From assembly GCA_964561365.1 (NCBI GenBank), contig CAZLPF010000001.1:14581-78580 (forward strand): a DNA stretch of 64,000 nucleotides, in the 5' to 3' direction. Positions 16,894-24,598 of the stretch are shown one piece after another; the first letter of the stretch is position 1, and every line of letters starts with the position of its first letter. Position numbers and translations under genes: made by a program. The notes beneath the pieces were generated by a model. It saw only the letters and a list, made by a program, of their open reading frames with translations, had not been told where the DNA came from and made no database searches. The DNA is from an uncultured Candidatus Saccharibacteria bacterium (GTDB lineage: Bacteria; Patescibacteriota; Doudnabacteria; UBA920).

Positions 16894-18471
16894 ATGGCTA
16901 CCGTAAAGCGCTACCTCCCGCTGATCGCCGTCCTCGCCGTTGCGGTCTTGCTCCGGTTCTACCACCTGACCGCCATTTCGCTCTGGCACGACGAGGCGTT
17001 TTCGGCGCTGCTCCCCGGCTACGGGTGGTCTGAAATGTTCTACCGCATCGGCCTCGACGTGCACCCGCCGGTTTACTACGTGCTGCTGAAACTCTGGGGC
17101 CAGCTCTTTGACCTGAGCCTGTTTTCGCTCCGCAGCTTTTCGGCCGTGTTCGGGGTAGCCTCGGTCTACATGACGTGGCTGCTCGTGCGCCGCGCGTTTT
17201 CCTCCGAGCGGTTCGCGCTCACCGCGGCGCTGCTCGTGGCCGTGAACCCGTTCCAGGCCCAGTACTCGCCCGAAGCCCGGATGTACACGCTCGGGGGCTT
17301 CATTGCCCTCGCCGCCGCCTACAGCCTCGTGGTCGCCCTCCAGAACCAGCGGGCGCTCTCGGAGACCGGTCGCATCGGCGCCGCTGACGGCATGCTCCGC
17401 GGTTCTCGACGCGCCGCGGCCTTTGGGTACCTCGCGTTCGCGGTCCTGGCCGCCGCCGGTGCGCTGACCCACTACTACCTCCTCTTTACCGACGTCGCGC
17501 TCGCGCTCTACGGGCTCGTCTACGCGTGGCGCCACTTCCGCGGCCTCCGCGCGTACCTGCCGCTCGGCTTGAGCTTTCTGCTCTCTGGCGCCCTGTTCCT
17601 CCCGTGGCTCAAAGTCTTCCTGTTTCAGCTCAAGCAAGTCGGCGGCGGTTACTGGATTCCGCCCATCAACGTCTGGAGCGTGCCCGAAACCGTTTGGCAG
17701 CTGTTCGTAGCCCTGCCGGCCGGCGGCGCCGAGCAGCTCCAGCACCGCGCCTACCTGGCCGGCAGCGTCGCGCTGGTGCTCGTGCTGCTGTGGTTTCTCC
17801 GCCGCACCCAGCGAACCGAAAAGTGGCTGCTCGTGTTCTGCTTCCTCGCGCCGTTTGCCGGCGCGCTCGCATTTGCCCTGCTCGCGCACCTCACCGGCAG
17901 CAAGAGCTCGGTCTTCCTCGTGCGCTACTTCCTTTTTGCCGCGCCGTTCGGCACCGCCATAGTCGCCGGCTGGCTGTCGCAAATGCGCTTCTGGCGCCTC
18001 GCCACCGTGCTCATCGTGGCGTGCGCAGCCCTCGGCACCTACGGCGTGTACCGGTACTGGCACGTGACCGACGTACCGCGCCGGCCCGGCATGGCAGCGG
18101 CGTCGAACTTTCTGGCCCAGAACGTCGAGCCGAACCAGCCCGTCGTGCTCGGGACCTCGTTCATGTTCTTCAACTATAAATTCTACAACCGGACGCCGTC
18201 CGCACCCGTCCTCTACAGCGGCGGGGTGACGAAGGCTTCGGATATTTCACACTTCGCCGGCAGCGCGCTCCTGACCGACCGCGACCTTTTGCCCGACATG
18301 AAAACCGCGGGCAAAAAAGGCGGTACGGTCTGGCTCATTTGGACCTACGCCTTCGGTTCAAACAAGCCCTCTGTTCCGGAAAATTGGAAGCAAGTTTTGG
18401 AAAATGAGTACCCGGACGTTCGACCGTACCTGGGGACGAGCGTTTACGTAACCGAGTATAAAGTCCAGTAA
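16894..18471 (+). CDS. GT-C fold glycosyltransferase, PMT_2/ArnT-like (tandem paralog)
   Basis: 525 aa from MATVKRYL, starting 2 nt after the previous stop; motif LWHDEAFSALL; >10 TM. Confidence 0.7.
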   Translation: MATVKRYLPLIAVLAVAVLLRFYHLTAISLWHDEAFSALLPGYGWSEMFYRIGLDVHPPVYYVLLKLWGQLFDLSLFSLRSFSAVFGVASVYMTWLLVRRAFSSERFALTAALLVAVNPFQAQYSPEARMYTLGGFIALAAAYSLVVALQNQRALSETGRIGAADGMLRGSRRAAAFGYLAFAVLAAAGALTHYYLLFTDVALALYGLVYAWRHFRGLRAYLPLGLSFLLSGALFLPWLKVFLFQLKQVGGGYWIPPINVWSVPETVWQLFVALPAGGAEQLQHRAYLAGSVALVLVLLWFLRRTQRTEKWLLVFCFLAPFAGALAFALLAHLTGSKSSVFLVRYFLFAAPFGTAIVAGWLSQMRFWRLATVLIVACAALGTYGVYRYWHVTDVPRRPGMAAASNFLAQNVEPNQPVVLGTSFMFFNYKFYNRTPSAPVLYSGGVTKASDISHFAGSALLTDRDLLPDMKTAGKKGGTVWLIWTYAFGSNKPSVPENWKQVLENEYPDVRPYLGTSVYVTEYKVQ

Positions 18472-18543
18472 ATAAGCCAAATTTTGAACGAGCAGCCCTT
18501 GACGGGATGCTCGTTTTTTGTTACCTTGAATTCAGGAGGATGC

Positions 18544-18777
18544 ATGATTCCAATCACCCCAATCAGCATCGAGAGCGTGAACCTCGCCATGGCGGCCGTT
18601 GGAGCCGTCGCGATTTCCGTGGGAGGCTTTAACACCGAATTGCGGTTTTGGAAACGGCTCGCCGCCGGTACTGCAGGAGTTGTTCTCCTGTTCGTAGTAC
18701 TGTTCGGCGGTCCCGACCCGCTCGTCTACCGGCTGCTCGAGAGCCGGTGTATCAACGGTCTCTGCCCCGGCATGTGA
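18544..18777 (+). CDS. small two-TM membrane protein, unknown function
   Basis: 77 aa from the ATG preceded by AGGAGGA; hydrophobic segments. Confidence 0.4.
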   Translation: MIPITPISIESVNLAMAAVGAVAISVGGFNTELRFWKRLAAGTAGVVLLFVVLFGGPDPLVYRLLESRCINGLCPGM

Positions 18778-18835
18778 GCCGGGCTGCTGGCCGTTAAACC
18801 AGGAAGCCGGGCCGCACGGCCCGGTGCTCCCCAGC

Positions 18836-19531
18836 TCACGCCACGGTGGTTCCGTGGAATTTTTTATTTCCCGAAAGAATCGTTCGTAGGTTTTTCATAT
18901 CCTTGCCGCCGGCGATGATGACCCGGAGCTTGTGTGCGGCTGCGAACTTGGCGGCCGTGGGGTCGAACGGTACGTTTTTGCCCGGCACCCAGCGGGTTCC
19001 CGTTATTTTCAGGAACGTTTTCCACGAGGCAGACTCGATCTTCTCGGCGTCCTTAAACGTACGGGGATCTTTCGTGTAAACGTAGTCGACGTTGCTTAAA
19101 TTTATGACGGTGTGAATGCCGTAAGTCTTCGCGAGCGCCACGGCGACGTAGTCCGTGCTGCGGCCAGGCTTGTAGCCTCCCGCCAAGAGGACGGGCCGCT
19201 TCCAGCCGGCGACCCGTTTCCCCGGGTCGGTGACGATGCTCGGGTGCGCGAGGGCGCCGAAGCAGAGGCGTACGAACTCAGCGTGGTACCTGGTCGTGTG
19301 AATGCCGAGCCAGTCGAGATCGGCGGACGTGGTCGCCGCTACGTTTTTGAGCGCGGCCTGGAACTGCCGGCAGAGCTTCCCGCCGCCGGTGATGATAATA
19401 AACTGATCGCCGCGGCGTGCGCCGCTGCGAATGAGTCCGATAAATTTTTTCAGGAAGTGGACGTCGGGCTCGCCGGTAGGGTTGATGAGTGAGCCGCCGA
19501 GGGAGATAACGTAGCGCTGGTTCGTGTTCAT
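18836..19531 (-). CDS. pyrH: UMP kinase-like amino-acid-kinase family protein
   Basis: 231 aa from MNTNQRYVISLGG; GGG loop IIITGGGKLCRQ; TDYVAVALA; C-terminal NVDYVYTKDP...IIAGGK; ATGA overlap with FtsQ-like stop; the 402-aa ORF-track version was rejected. Confidence 0.6.
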   Translation of the reverse strand: MNTNQRYVISLGGSLINPTGEPDVHFLKKFIGLIRSGARRGDQFIIITGGGKLCRQFQAALKNVAATTSADLDWLGIHTTRYHAEFVRLCFGALAHPSIVTDPGKRVAGWKRPVLLAGGYKPGRSTDYVAVALAKTYGIHTVINLSNVDYVYTKDPRTFKDAEKIESASWKTFLKITGTRWVPGKNVPFDPTAAKFAAAHKLRVIIAGGKDMKNLRTILSGNKKFHGTTVA

Positions 19532-20487
19532 TTCGGGGGTTCGGTTACTGGCAGAGATGAGCTGGCGGTCGTGGCCGTCTCGGGGGCGGGCGGGATGACC
19601 GGCTCCAGCGGCGAGCGAGCGGCGCACGGGCTGCCGCGGGGGCAGGCGTAGGCCCGGCCGGGTATGCGGAGGTCGAGGTAGGACAGGGTGGCGAAGGTGG
19701 CGGGATCGAGCTGCCGGACGAGCTCCTGGAGGTTTTCGGCGGCGACCGCCAGGTCCACGGTACGGTCGAGCACGACCGCGTACCCGCTCGAGAGCGTGAG
19801 CAGGAAGCTCTCGGAGCTGCTCGAGAGCCGGACGGCGGTAACGCGGCCGGCTGCGGCCGGTTCTACCGCCACGATGGCAGCCTCGGCAGCGCCGAGGGCT
19901 TCGCCCGGCGCCACCGTGTCCCCCACCCGCGCCGGCAGCGCGGCGCCGAGCAGCTCGGGGGCGAGCGCCAGCTGCGGGGTGGCGGTGGCCGGGGTGCCGC
20001 TCGGTATGAGCTCGACGGCGGTCCCGTCGGTGGCTACGAGCCAAACGCCTTCCGTTGATTTCAGCGCGAAGCGCTCCCGGCGCTCGGTGAGGCGGACGTT
20101 CAGGCGGTTCGGCCAGCGGCGCGTGACGTGGACCGAGGCGACGGCGGGCACGTCGCGCTCGATAGCCTTCGCGAGCGCGCCGGTTCTGACGAAGGCCAGG
20201 TTCCGAGCCTGGAGCGCATGGGTGCTCAGGTAGCGCTCGGCGCTGCCGTTCGCCGCGCCGACCGAAGCGGTTTTTCCAGCCGAGACGTCTACCCCGCGCA
20301 CCGTGAGGGGATTTTCAAAAAATGTAAAGTACCCGGCCGCGGCCAGTACGAGCCCGGCCAGGAGGTAGCCGAGCGCCCGCCGGGCCCGGTTCGGCTCAGC
20401 CGGGGCGCGGCGGTAGGAGCGGCTGCGCCCGAGCTGCTGCTGGAAGCGGGGGCTCGAGAATCGAACTTTCGAGCCGGCGGCGCTCAC
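19528..20487 (-). CDS. cell division protein FtsQ/DivIB-like (POTRA)
   Basis: 319 aa; short cytoplasmic N-terminus; TM ALGYLLAGLVLAAAGYF; POTRA-like segment VRGVDVSAG...NRLNVRLTER; Ala/Pro-rich C-terminus. Confidence 0.5.
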   Translation of the reverse strand: MSAAGSKVRFSSPRFQQQLGRSRSYRRAPAEPNRARRALGYLLAGLVLAAAGYFTFFENPLTVRGVDVSAGKTASVGAANGSAERYLSTHALQARNLAFVRTGALAKAIERDVPAVASVHVTRRWPNRLNVRLTERRERFALKSTEGVWLVATDGTAVELIPSGTPATATPQLALAPELLGAALPARVGDTVAPGEALGAAEAAIVAVEPAAAGRVTAVRLSSSSESFLLTLSSGYAVVLDRTVDLAVAAENLQELVRQLDPATFATLSYLDLRIPGRAYACPRGSPCAARSPLEPVIPPAPETATTASSSLPVTEPPK

Positions 20488-21677
20488 GGTTTCGGCCCCC
20501 CGCGGCGGCAGAGGAGCTCGGCTGCGCGCATGGGCTCGGCCATGATTTCACGGACCGCAATTTCGAGCTCGTCTCCCGGACGTCCGGCCATGAGGACGCC
20601 GGCGCCCGGCGGCAGCATATTTTGGAGAACCCGGCCGGCTTCGTCGGCCCGTTCAAAGGTAACGACGCGCTCAGGCTTGAGGCCCGCCGCTACGGCTGCG
20701 TCTGCCGCGTCTCTGCCGCGGCTTCCCACAGCGAGCAGGCGGTCAACCGAAGCTCCGGCCAGGAGCCTGCCGGCCGCGCCCGGATCGCCGGTGTCGCCGA
20801 CAACCGCGATGCGGTACCCTGCGCCCCCCCGCGTGAGCAGCTCGAGCGATTCTCTGAAGCTCTCGGGGTTCGTGTTTGCGGTGTCGTCGATTATGAGTGA
20901 CCGCTTTATGCCGGGCAAAGTGCTCTGGCGCCCGGGCAGCGCCCGGAGCTGGCGGAGGCCTTTTTCGGTCAGGTCGGGCGAAAGCTGCAGTGCTTCGGCT
21001 GCTGCGGCGCCGGCGAGCACGGCGCGGGTAAACGAGGGGGCGGGCGAGCGGAGCGGGAGCGTCATGGTCAGGTTCTCGCCCGTGACCGTGAGGTCGGATC
21101 CCGAGGCCGCGCCGCGCACGGAGTCTTTTTTCCCCGTGCCGTAGGTCGCAATACGCCTGTCTTTTGATTGTTCACCCGGCACGGTTGCCTCGCCATTCGC
21201 AATCAGTACCCCATGTTCCGGCAGGTGTTCGCTGAGCCGCTGGAGTTCGGCGAACGGATCAGAACTTTCTGGGCTCAGCGGCTCTGGGGCGGCTCCGAGC
21301 GCGGTGACCACGAGGCAGCGGATTTCGCAGGTGTCGAGGACCGCTGAAACCGCGGCTGCGCTCGGCGGCACCTCGAAAACGAGAGCCGCGGGGTAGCCGG
21401 AGAGGTTCAGCGCGCGCAGGTAACCGCGGGCTGCGGCGAGTACCCAGCCGAGCGGCGTTTCCGGTACCCGCGCCTCGCCGAGCGCCAGCGCGTAGAAGCC
21501 TTCGCTCCAGGGAGCTTCGCTGTCCTGCGCGCGGGTATGGTGCGAGAGCGAGAGCGCGGCCAAGACGCCCGAGGCGGCCGTTGATTTCCCCGCGCTGCCG
21601 AAGACGGCAACGGCAATGGGCCGCCGCTCCCGGCAGGCGGCGCGCGCGGCGGCGCGGACGAGGCTTCGGGCGAACAC
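20484..21677 (-). CDS. Mur ligase family protein, MurF-like but lacking the N-terminal domain
   Basis: GTG start at 21677 with GGAGG 6 nt upstream, just after the serS stop; P-loop AVFGSAGKSTAA; MurF-type C-terminal motif IIDDTANTNPESF. Confidence 0.6.
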   Translation of the reverse strand: MFARSLVRAAARAACRERRPIAVAVFGSAGKSTAASGVLAALSLSHHTRAQDSEAPWSEGFYALALGEARVPETPLGWVLAAARGYLRALNLSGYPAALVFEVPPSAAAVSAVLDTCEIRCLVVTALGAAPEPLSPESSDPFAELQRLSEHLPEHGVLIANGEATVPGEQSKDRRIATYGTGKKDSVRGAASGSDLTVTGENLTMTLPLRSPAPSFTRAVLAGAAAAEALQLSPDLTEKGLRQLRALPGRQSTLPGIKRSLIIDDTANTNPESFRESLELLTRGGAGYRIAVVGDTGDPGAAGRLLAGASVDRLLAVGSRGRDAADAAVAAGLKPERVVTFERADEAGRVLQNMLPPGAGVLMAGRPGDELEIAVREIMAEPMRAAELLCRRGGPKP

Positions 21678-21688
21678 GGCCGGCCTCC

Positions 21689-23038
21689 CTAGGGCTTTCC
21701 GCCGCGGGGCGTGAGCGTATCTTTGCCGACGTAGGGGCGGAGCACCTCGGGCACCGTGACGCTGCCGTCCGCGTTCTGAAAGTTTTCGAGTATGGGAATG
21801 AGGATGCGGGGGCTGGCCACCGCGGTGTTGTTGAGGGTGTAGACGTGGCGGAGCTTCCCGTCCGCGGCGCGGTAGCGGATGTTCAGGCGCCGCGCCTGCC
21901 AGTCGGTGAGGTTCGAGTCTGAGTGCGTTTCGCCGTAGCTCTTCTTGCTCGGCATCCACGTTTCAATGTCGTACATTTTGTACTTGCCCGCGCCCATGTC
22001 GCCGGTGGCTATGTTGAGCACGCGGTACGGGAGCTGGAGGTCTTCGAGCACCTCCTGGGCAATTTCCCGCAGCCCCTCGAGCCACTGGTCGGACTCGGCC
22101 ACGTCGGCCTTGCAGAGGATGACCTGCTCGACCTTCATGAACTCGTGGACGCGGTAAATACCCTTCGTGTCCTTACCGTAGCTGCCGACCTCCCCGCGGA
22201 AGCACGGCGAAATGCCGCAGAGCTTCAGGGGAAGATCTTTCTCCTCGAGCACCGCGCCCTCGTAGTAGGCCAGGAGGTTCGGTTCGGAGGTCCCGGAAAG
22301 GTAGCGCGGTTCGTGGGCTTCCACGCCGTCGCCGCTGACCACGCGGAACTGGTCGGCGCGCCCGAACGGGAAGTGCCCGCTGCCGAAGAAGGCGAAGGCG
22401 CGGGTGAAGACCGGCGGGGCCATGAGCGTGAAGCCTTTGGCCTGGAGCTTCTTGAGCGCGTGCCACAGCACCCCGTAGTGGAGCAGCACCGCCTCGTTCT
22501 TCAGGTAGTAGCCGCGGAAGCCCGCGGTCTTTACCCCGGCTTCGGTGTCGAGCAGGTCGAGCGCCGTGGCGAGCTCGACGTGGTCTTTCGGCGTGAAGTC
22601 GAATTTCGTGGGAACCTCGGCTACCTTGGCGGCGTCTTTCGGGTCGACGCGGCCGGTTTTGGGCGACCAGTAGCTCCACGGCACGTTCGAGCGTTCGTCC
22701 GGCCCCACCGGCGTTTCCGTGCTCGGAATGTTCGGGACCAGGTACATGAGCTCGCCGTAGCGCTCTTCGACGGGTTTGAGCTGCGCGTGGATTTCGTCGG
22801 CGCGGCGGTCAACCTCCTTCATTTCGAGGAGCTTGGCCTGCTTGTCCTCGCCCCCGAGCCCCGGCAAGATCTTCGAAGCCTGGTTCTTGCTGGCCTGGAG
22901 GCTTTCGATTTCCTGGGTTAGGGTTCGCCGCCGCTGGTCCAAATCTAAAAGTTCGCCGAGGTCGAGGTCGATGCCTTTCTTCTCTACGGCGTCACGGACG
23001 GCAGCTTCATTTTCGCGGATGAATTTGATGTCGAGCAT
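21689..23038 (-). CDS. serS: seryl-tRNA synthetase
   Basis: 449 aa; N-terminal coiled-coil arm; class II motifs 2 and 3. Confidence 0.9.
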   Translation of the reverse strand: MLDIKFIRENEAAVRDAVEKKGIDLDLGELLDLDQRRRTLTQEIESLQASKNQASKILPGLGGEDKQAKLLEMKEVDRRADEIHAQLKPVEERYGELMYLVPNIPSTETPVGPDERSNVPWSYWSPKTGRVDPKDAAKVAEVPTKFDFTPKDHVELATALDLLDTEAGVKTAGFRGYYLKNEAVLLHYGVLWHALKKLQAKGFTLMAPPVFTRAFAFFGSGHFPFGRADQFRVVSGDGVEAHEPRYLSGTSEPNLLAYYEGAVLEEKDLPLKLCGISPCFRGEVGSYGKDTKGIYRVHEFMKVEQVILCKADVAESDQWLEGLREIAQEVLEDLQLPYRVLNIATGDMGAGKYKMYDIETWMPSKKSYGETHSDSNLTDWQARRLNIRYRAADGKLRHVYTLNNTAVASPRILIPILENFQNADGSVTVPEVLRPYVGKDTLTPRGGKP

Positions 23039-23050
23039 ATCGGTACAGCG

Positions 23051-23995
23051 TTAGCTTACTGCTGAGAGGGCGGCTTCGGCAATCTCGCGGTCGCCGGGGA
23101 GAAACTCGTGGCTACTCAAATCAGAGCGGGAGACGAACTTCAGTTCGGAAACCTTCGGGTCGAGGCCGACCTGGGGTTCGCCTGAGGCGACCTCGCAGCG
23201 GTAGCCGAGGAGTATGACGTGCATCTCACCGCCGTCTTTCCGCTTCCAGGTGGTGTGCTCGAGCTTCGGGAGGAGCTGGACCGCCCGCACGGTGACGCCG
23301 GTTTCCTCGAGCGCCTCGCGCTCCGCGGCCCGGGCCGGGTCTTCGCCGTACCCGATTTTCCCGGCCGGTAGCTCCCACCGGCCGTCGGCGTCCGGTATGG
23401 CGGTGTCGCGCCGTTTGGAAATGAGAATTGTTCCGTCCCGCACGACCGCGGCGACTGCCACGGCGACCTGCGTGCGTTCGCCGCCGCGAAAGGCGGCAAT
23501 GCCGGCGCGGACTTCGTCGGCCACCGTTTCAATGCAGTCGTAGCTCGCGATTTCTTCGCCGCTGACCCAGGCCGCGTCGGTGAACGAGCCCGGCTCCGGC
23601 GTCACCTCACCGCCCGCGTAGGCGGCGGCCATCTTCACGCAGACCACCGGCACGCCGTCCGGCCGAACGAAGGCAATGCTCCTGAGGTACCTGAATTCTC
23701 CGGCGAGCTCGACGCCCGCTTCCTCGCGGGCCTCTCGCCGGCAGAGCGCTTCCACCGCGTTATCGAAGTCGAGCACGTCGCCGTTGAAGCGCGTCGGGTT
23801 CTTGAGGTCGAGGCTCGACCACTCCATCTTGCCGCCGGCGAGCCCCCACTTGCCGGGGTGCGTGACTTCGCGCTCGTGGCGCTTCAAGATGAGCGATCGG
23901 CCGTCGTCTTTGCGGACAATGACCACGGTGGCGACGAAGTAGAACAGCTTGTGCTGCTTGGCCTTCTCGAGCGAAATTTCGGTGGCGTGAGGCAT
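23051..23995 (-). CDS. tandem (double) Nudix hydrolase
   Basis: Two Nudix boxes: GGKMEWSS...EALCRREAREEAGV and PAGKIGYGEDPARAAEREALEETGV; ATG at 23995 preferred over the TTG at 24025. Confidence 0.7.
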   Translation of the reverse strand: MPHATEISLEKAKQHKLFYFVATVVIVRKDDGRSLILKRHEREVTHPGKWGLAGGKMEWSSLDLKNPTRFNGDVLDFDNAVEALCRREAREEAGVELAGEFRYLRSIAFVRPDGVPVVCVKMAAAYAGGEVTPEPGSFTDAAWVSGEEIASYDCIETVADEVRAGIAAFRGGERTQVAVAVAAVVRDGTILISKRRDTAIPDADGRWELPAGKIGYGEDPARAAEREALEETGVTVRAVQLLPKLEHTTWKRKDGGEMHVILLGYRCEVASGEPQVGLDPKVSELKFVSRSDLSSHEFLPGDREIAEAALSAVS

Positions 23996-24002
23996 GGGTT
24001 TG

Positions 24003-24596
24003 CTACCAGTTGAGCTGCTTGGCAATGGCGTCGAAGGCGATGCGGCGGTGGTTGTAGCGGTGGTTTTCTTCTTCGGTGAGCTCTTCGTAGTACTTGCCGA
24101 GCTCGGGGAGCGTGAACAGCCGGTCCCACGGGTACCCTTCCGTCGAGTCGCCCCCGTAGCGGTTATCGGTGAGCTGGCCGACGATGATACCCTCGGCGGT
24201 AATGGTCTTGGTGCCGTCGGCGTAGGCGAGAACCGCCCGCAGCTGCGCCTGGCGCTCCCCTTCGGGAATAGCCTTCACCTTTTCGTGGATGAATTGGTCG
24301 TAGTGCGCGTCGTGCTTGCCGCGCCCGTCCCAGCGTTTCGTATGAACGCCGGGCTCCATATGGTAAAAAGGGATCTCAATGCCGCTGTCGTCGGCGAGCG
24401 TCGGCAGTCCGCTTATGCGCTCGTAGTGCTCCGCCTTGTGGCGGGCGTTCTCCTCGAAGGTTGCGTAGGGTTCGTGGACGTCTTCGGTGATGCCGACGTC
24501 GCCGAGGCTCACGAGCTCGAGGCTCGGGTAGCGCATCGCGAACTGGCGGTAGTCGCCGAGCTTGCCCCGGTTGAAGGTGGCGAGGAGGACGCGCAC
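24003..24596 (-). CDS. rdgB: non-canonical purine NTP pyrophosphatase (RdgB/HAM1 family)
   Basis: 197 aa; LLATFNRGKL and ADDSGIEI motifs. Confidence 0.75.
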   Translation of the reverse strand: MRVLLATFNRGKLGDYRQFAMRYPSLELVSLGDVGITEDVHEPYATFEENARHKAEHYERISGLPTLADDSGIEIPFYHMEPGVHTKRWDGRGKHDAHYDQFIHEKVKAIPEGERQAQLRAVLAYADGTKTITAEGIIVGQLTDNRYGGDSTEGYPWDRLFTLPELGKYYEELTEEENHRYNHRRIAFDAIAKQLNW

Positions 24597-24598
24597 GG

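Noticed and set aside
16867-18063. Long antisense ORFs lying opposite real genes (e.g. 16867..18063-, 39585..41330+, 61273..62997+, 13472..14839+, 343..957+, 20128..21144+).
   Set aside because: Their translations are Arg/Ala/Gly/Pro-rich low-complexity strings typical of stop-codon-poor high-GC DNA. The opposite strand in each case encodes a well-recognised protein.
18836-20044. 402-aa ORF-track model for the UMP-kinase-like gene.
   Set aside because: The first 170 codons are Arg/Pro/Gly nonsense overlapping the FtsQ-like gene in another frame. The kinase fold begins at the ATG at 19531, which forms an ATGA overlap with the FtsQ-like stop.
23996-24025. Upstream TTG start for the double-Nudix gene.
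   Set aside because: It would overlap the rdgB stop region. The in-frame ATG at 23995 gives a clean 7-nt intergenic gap.
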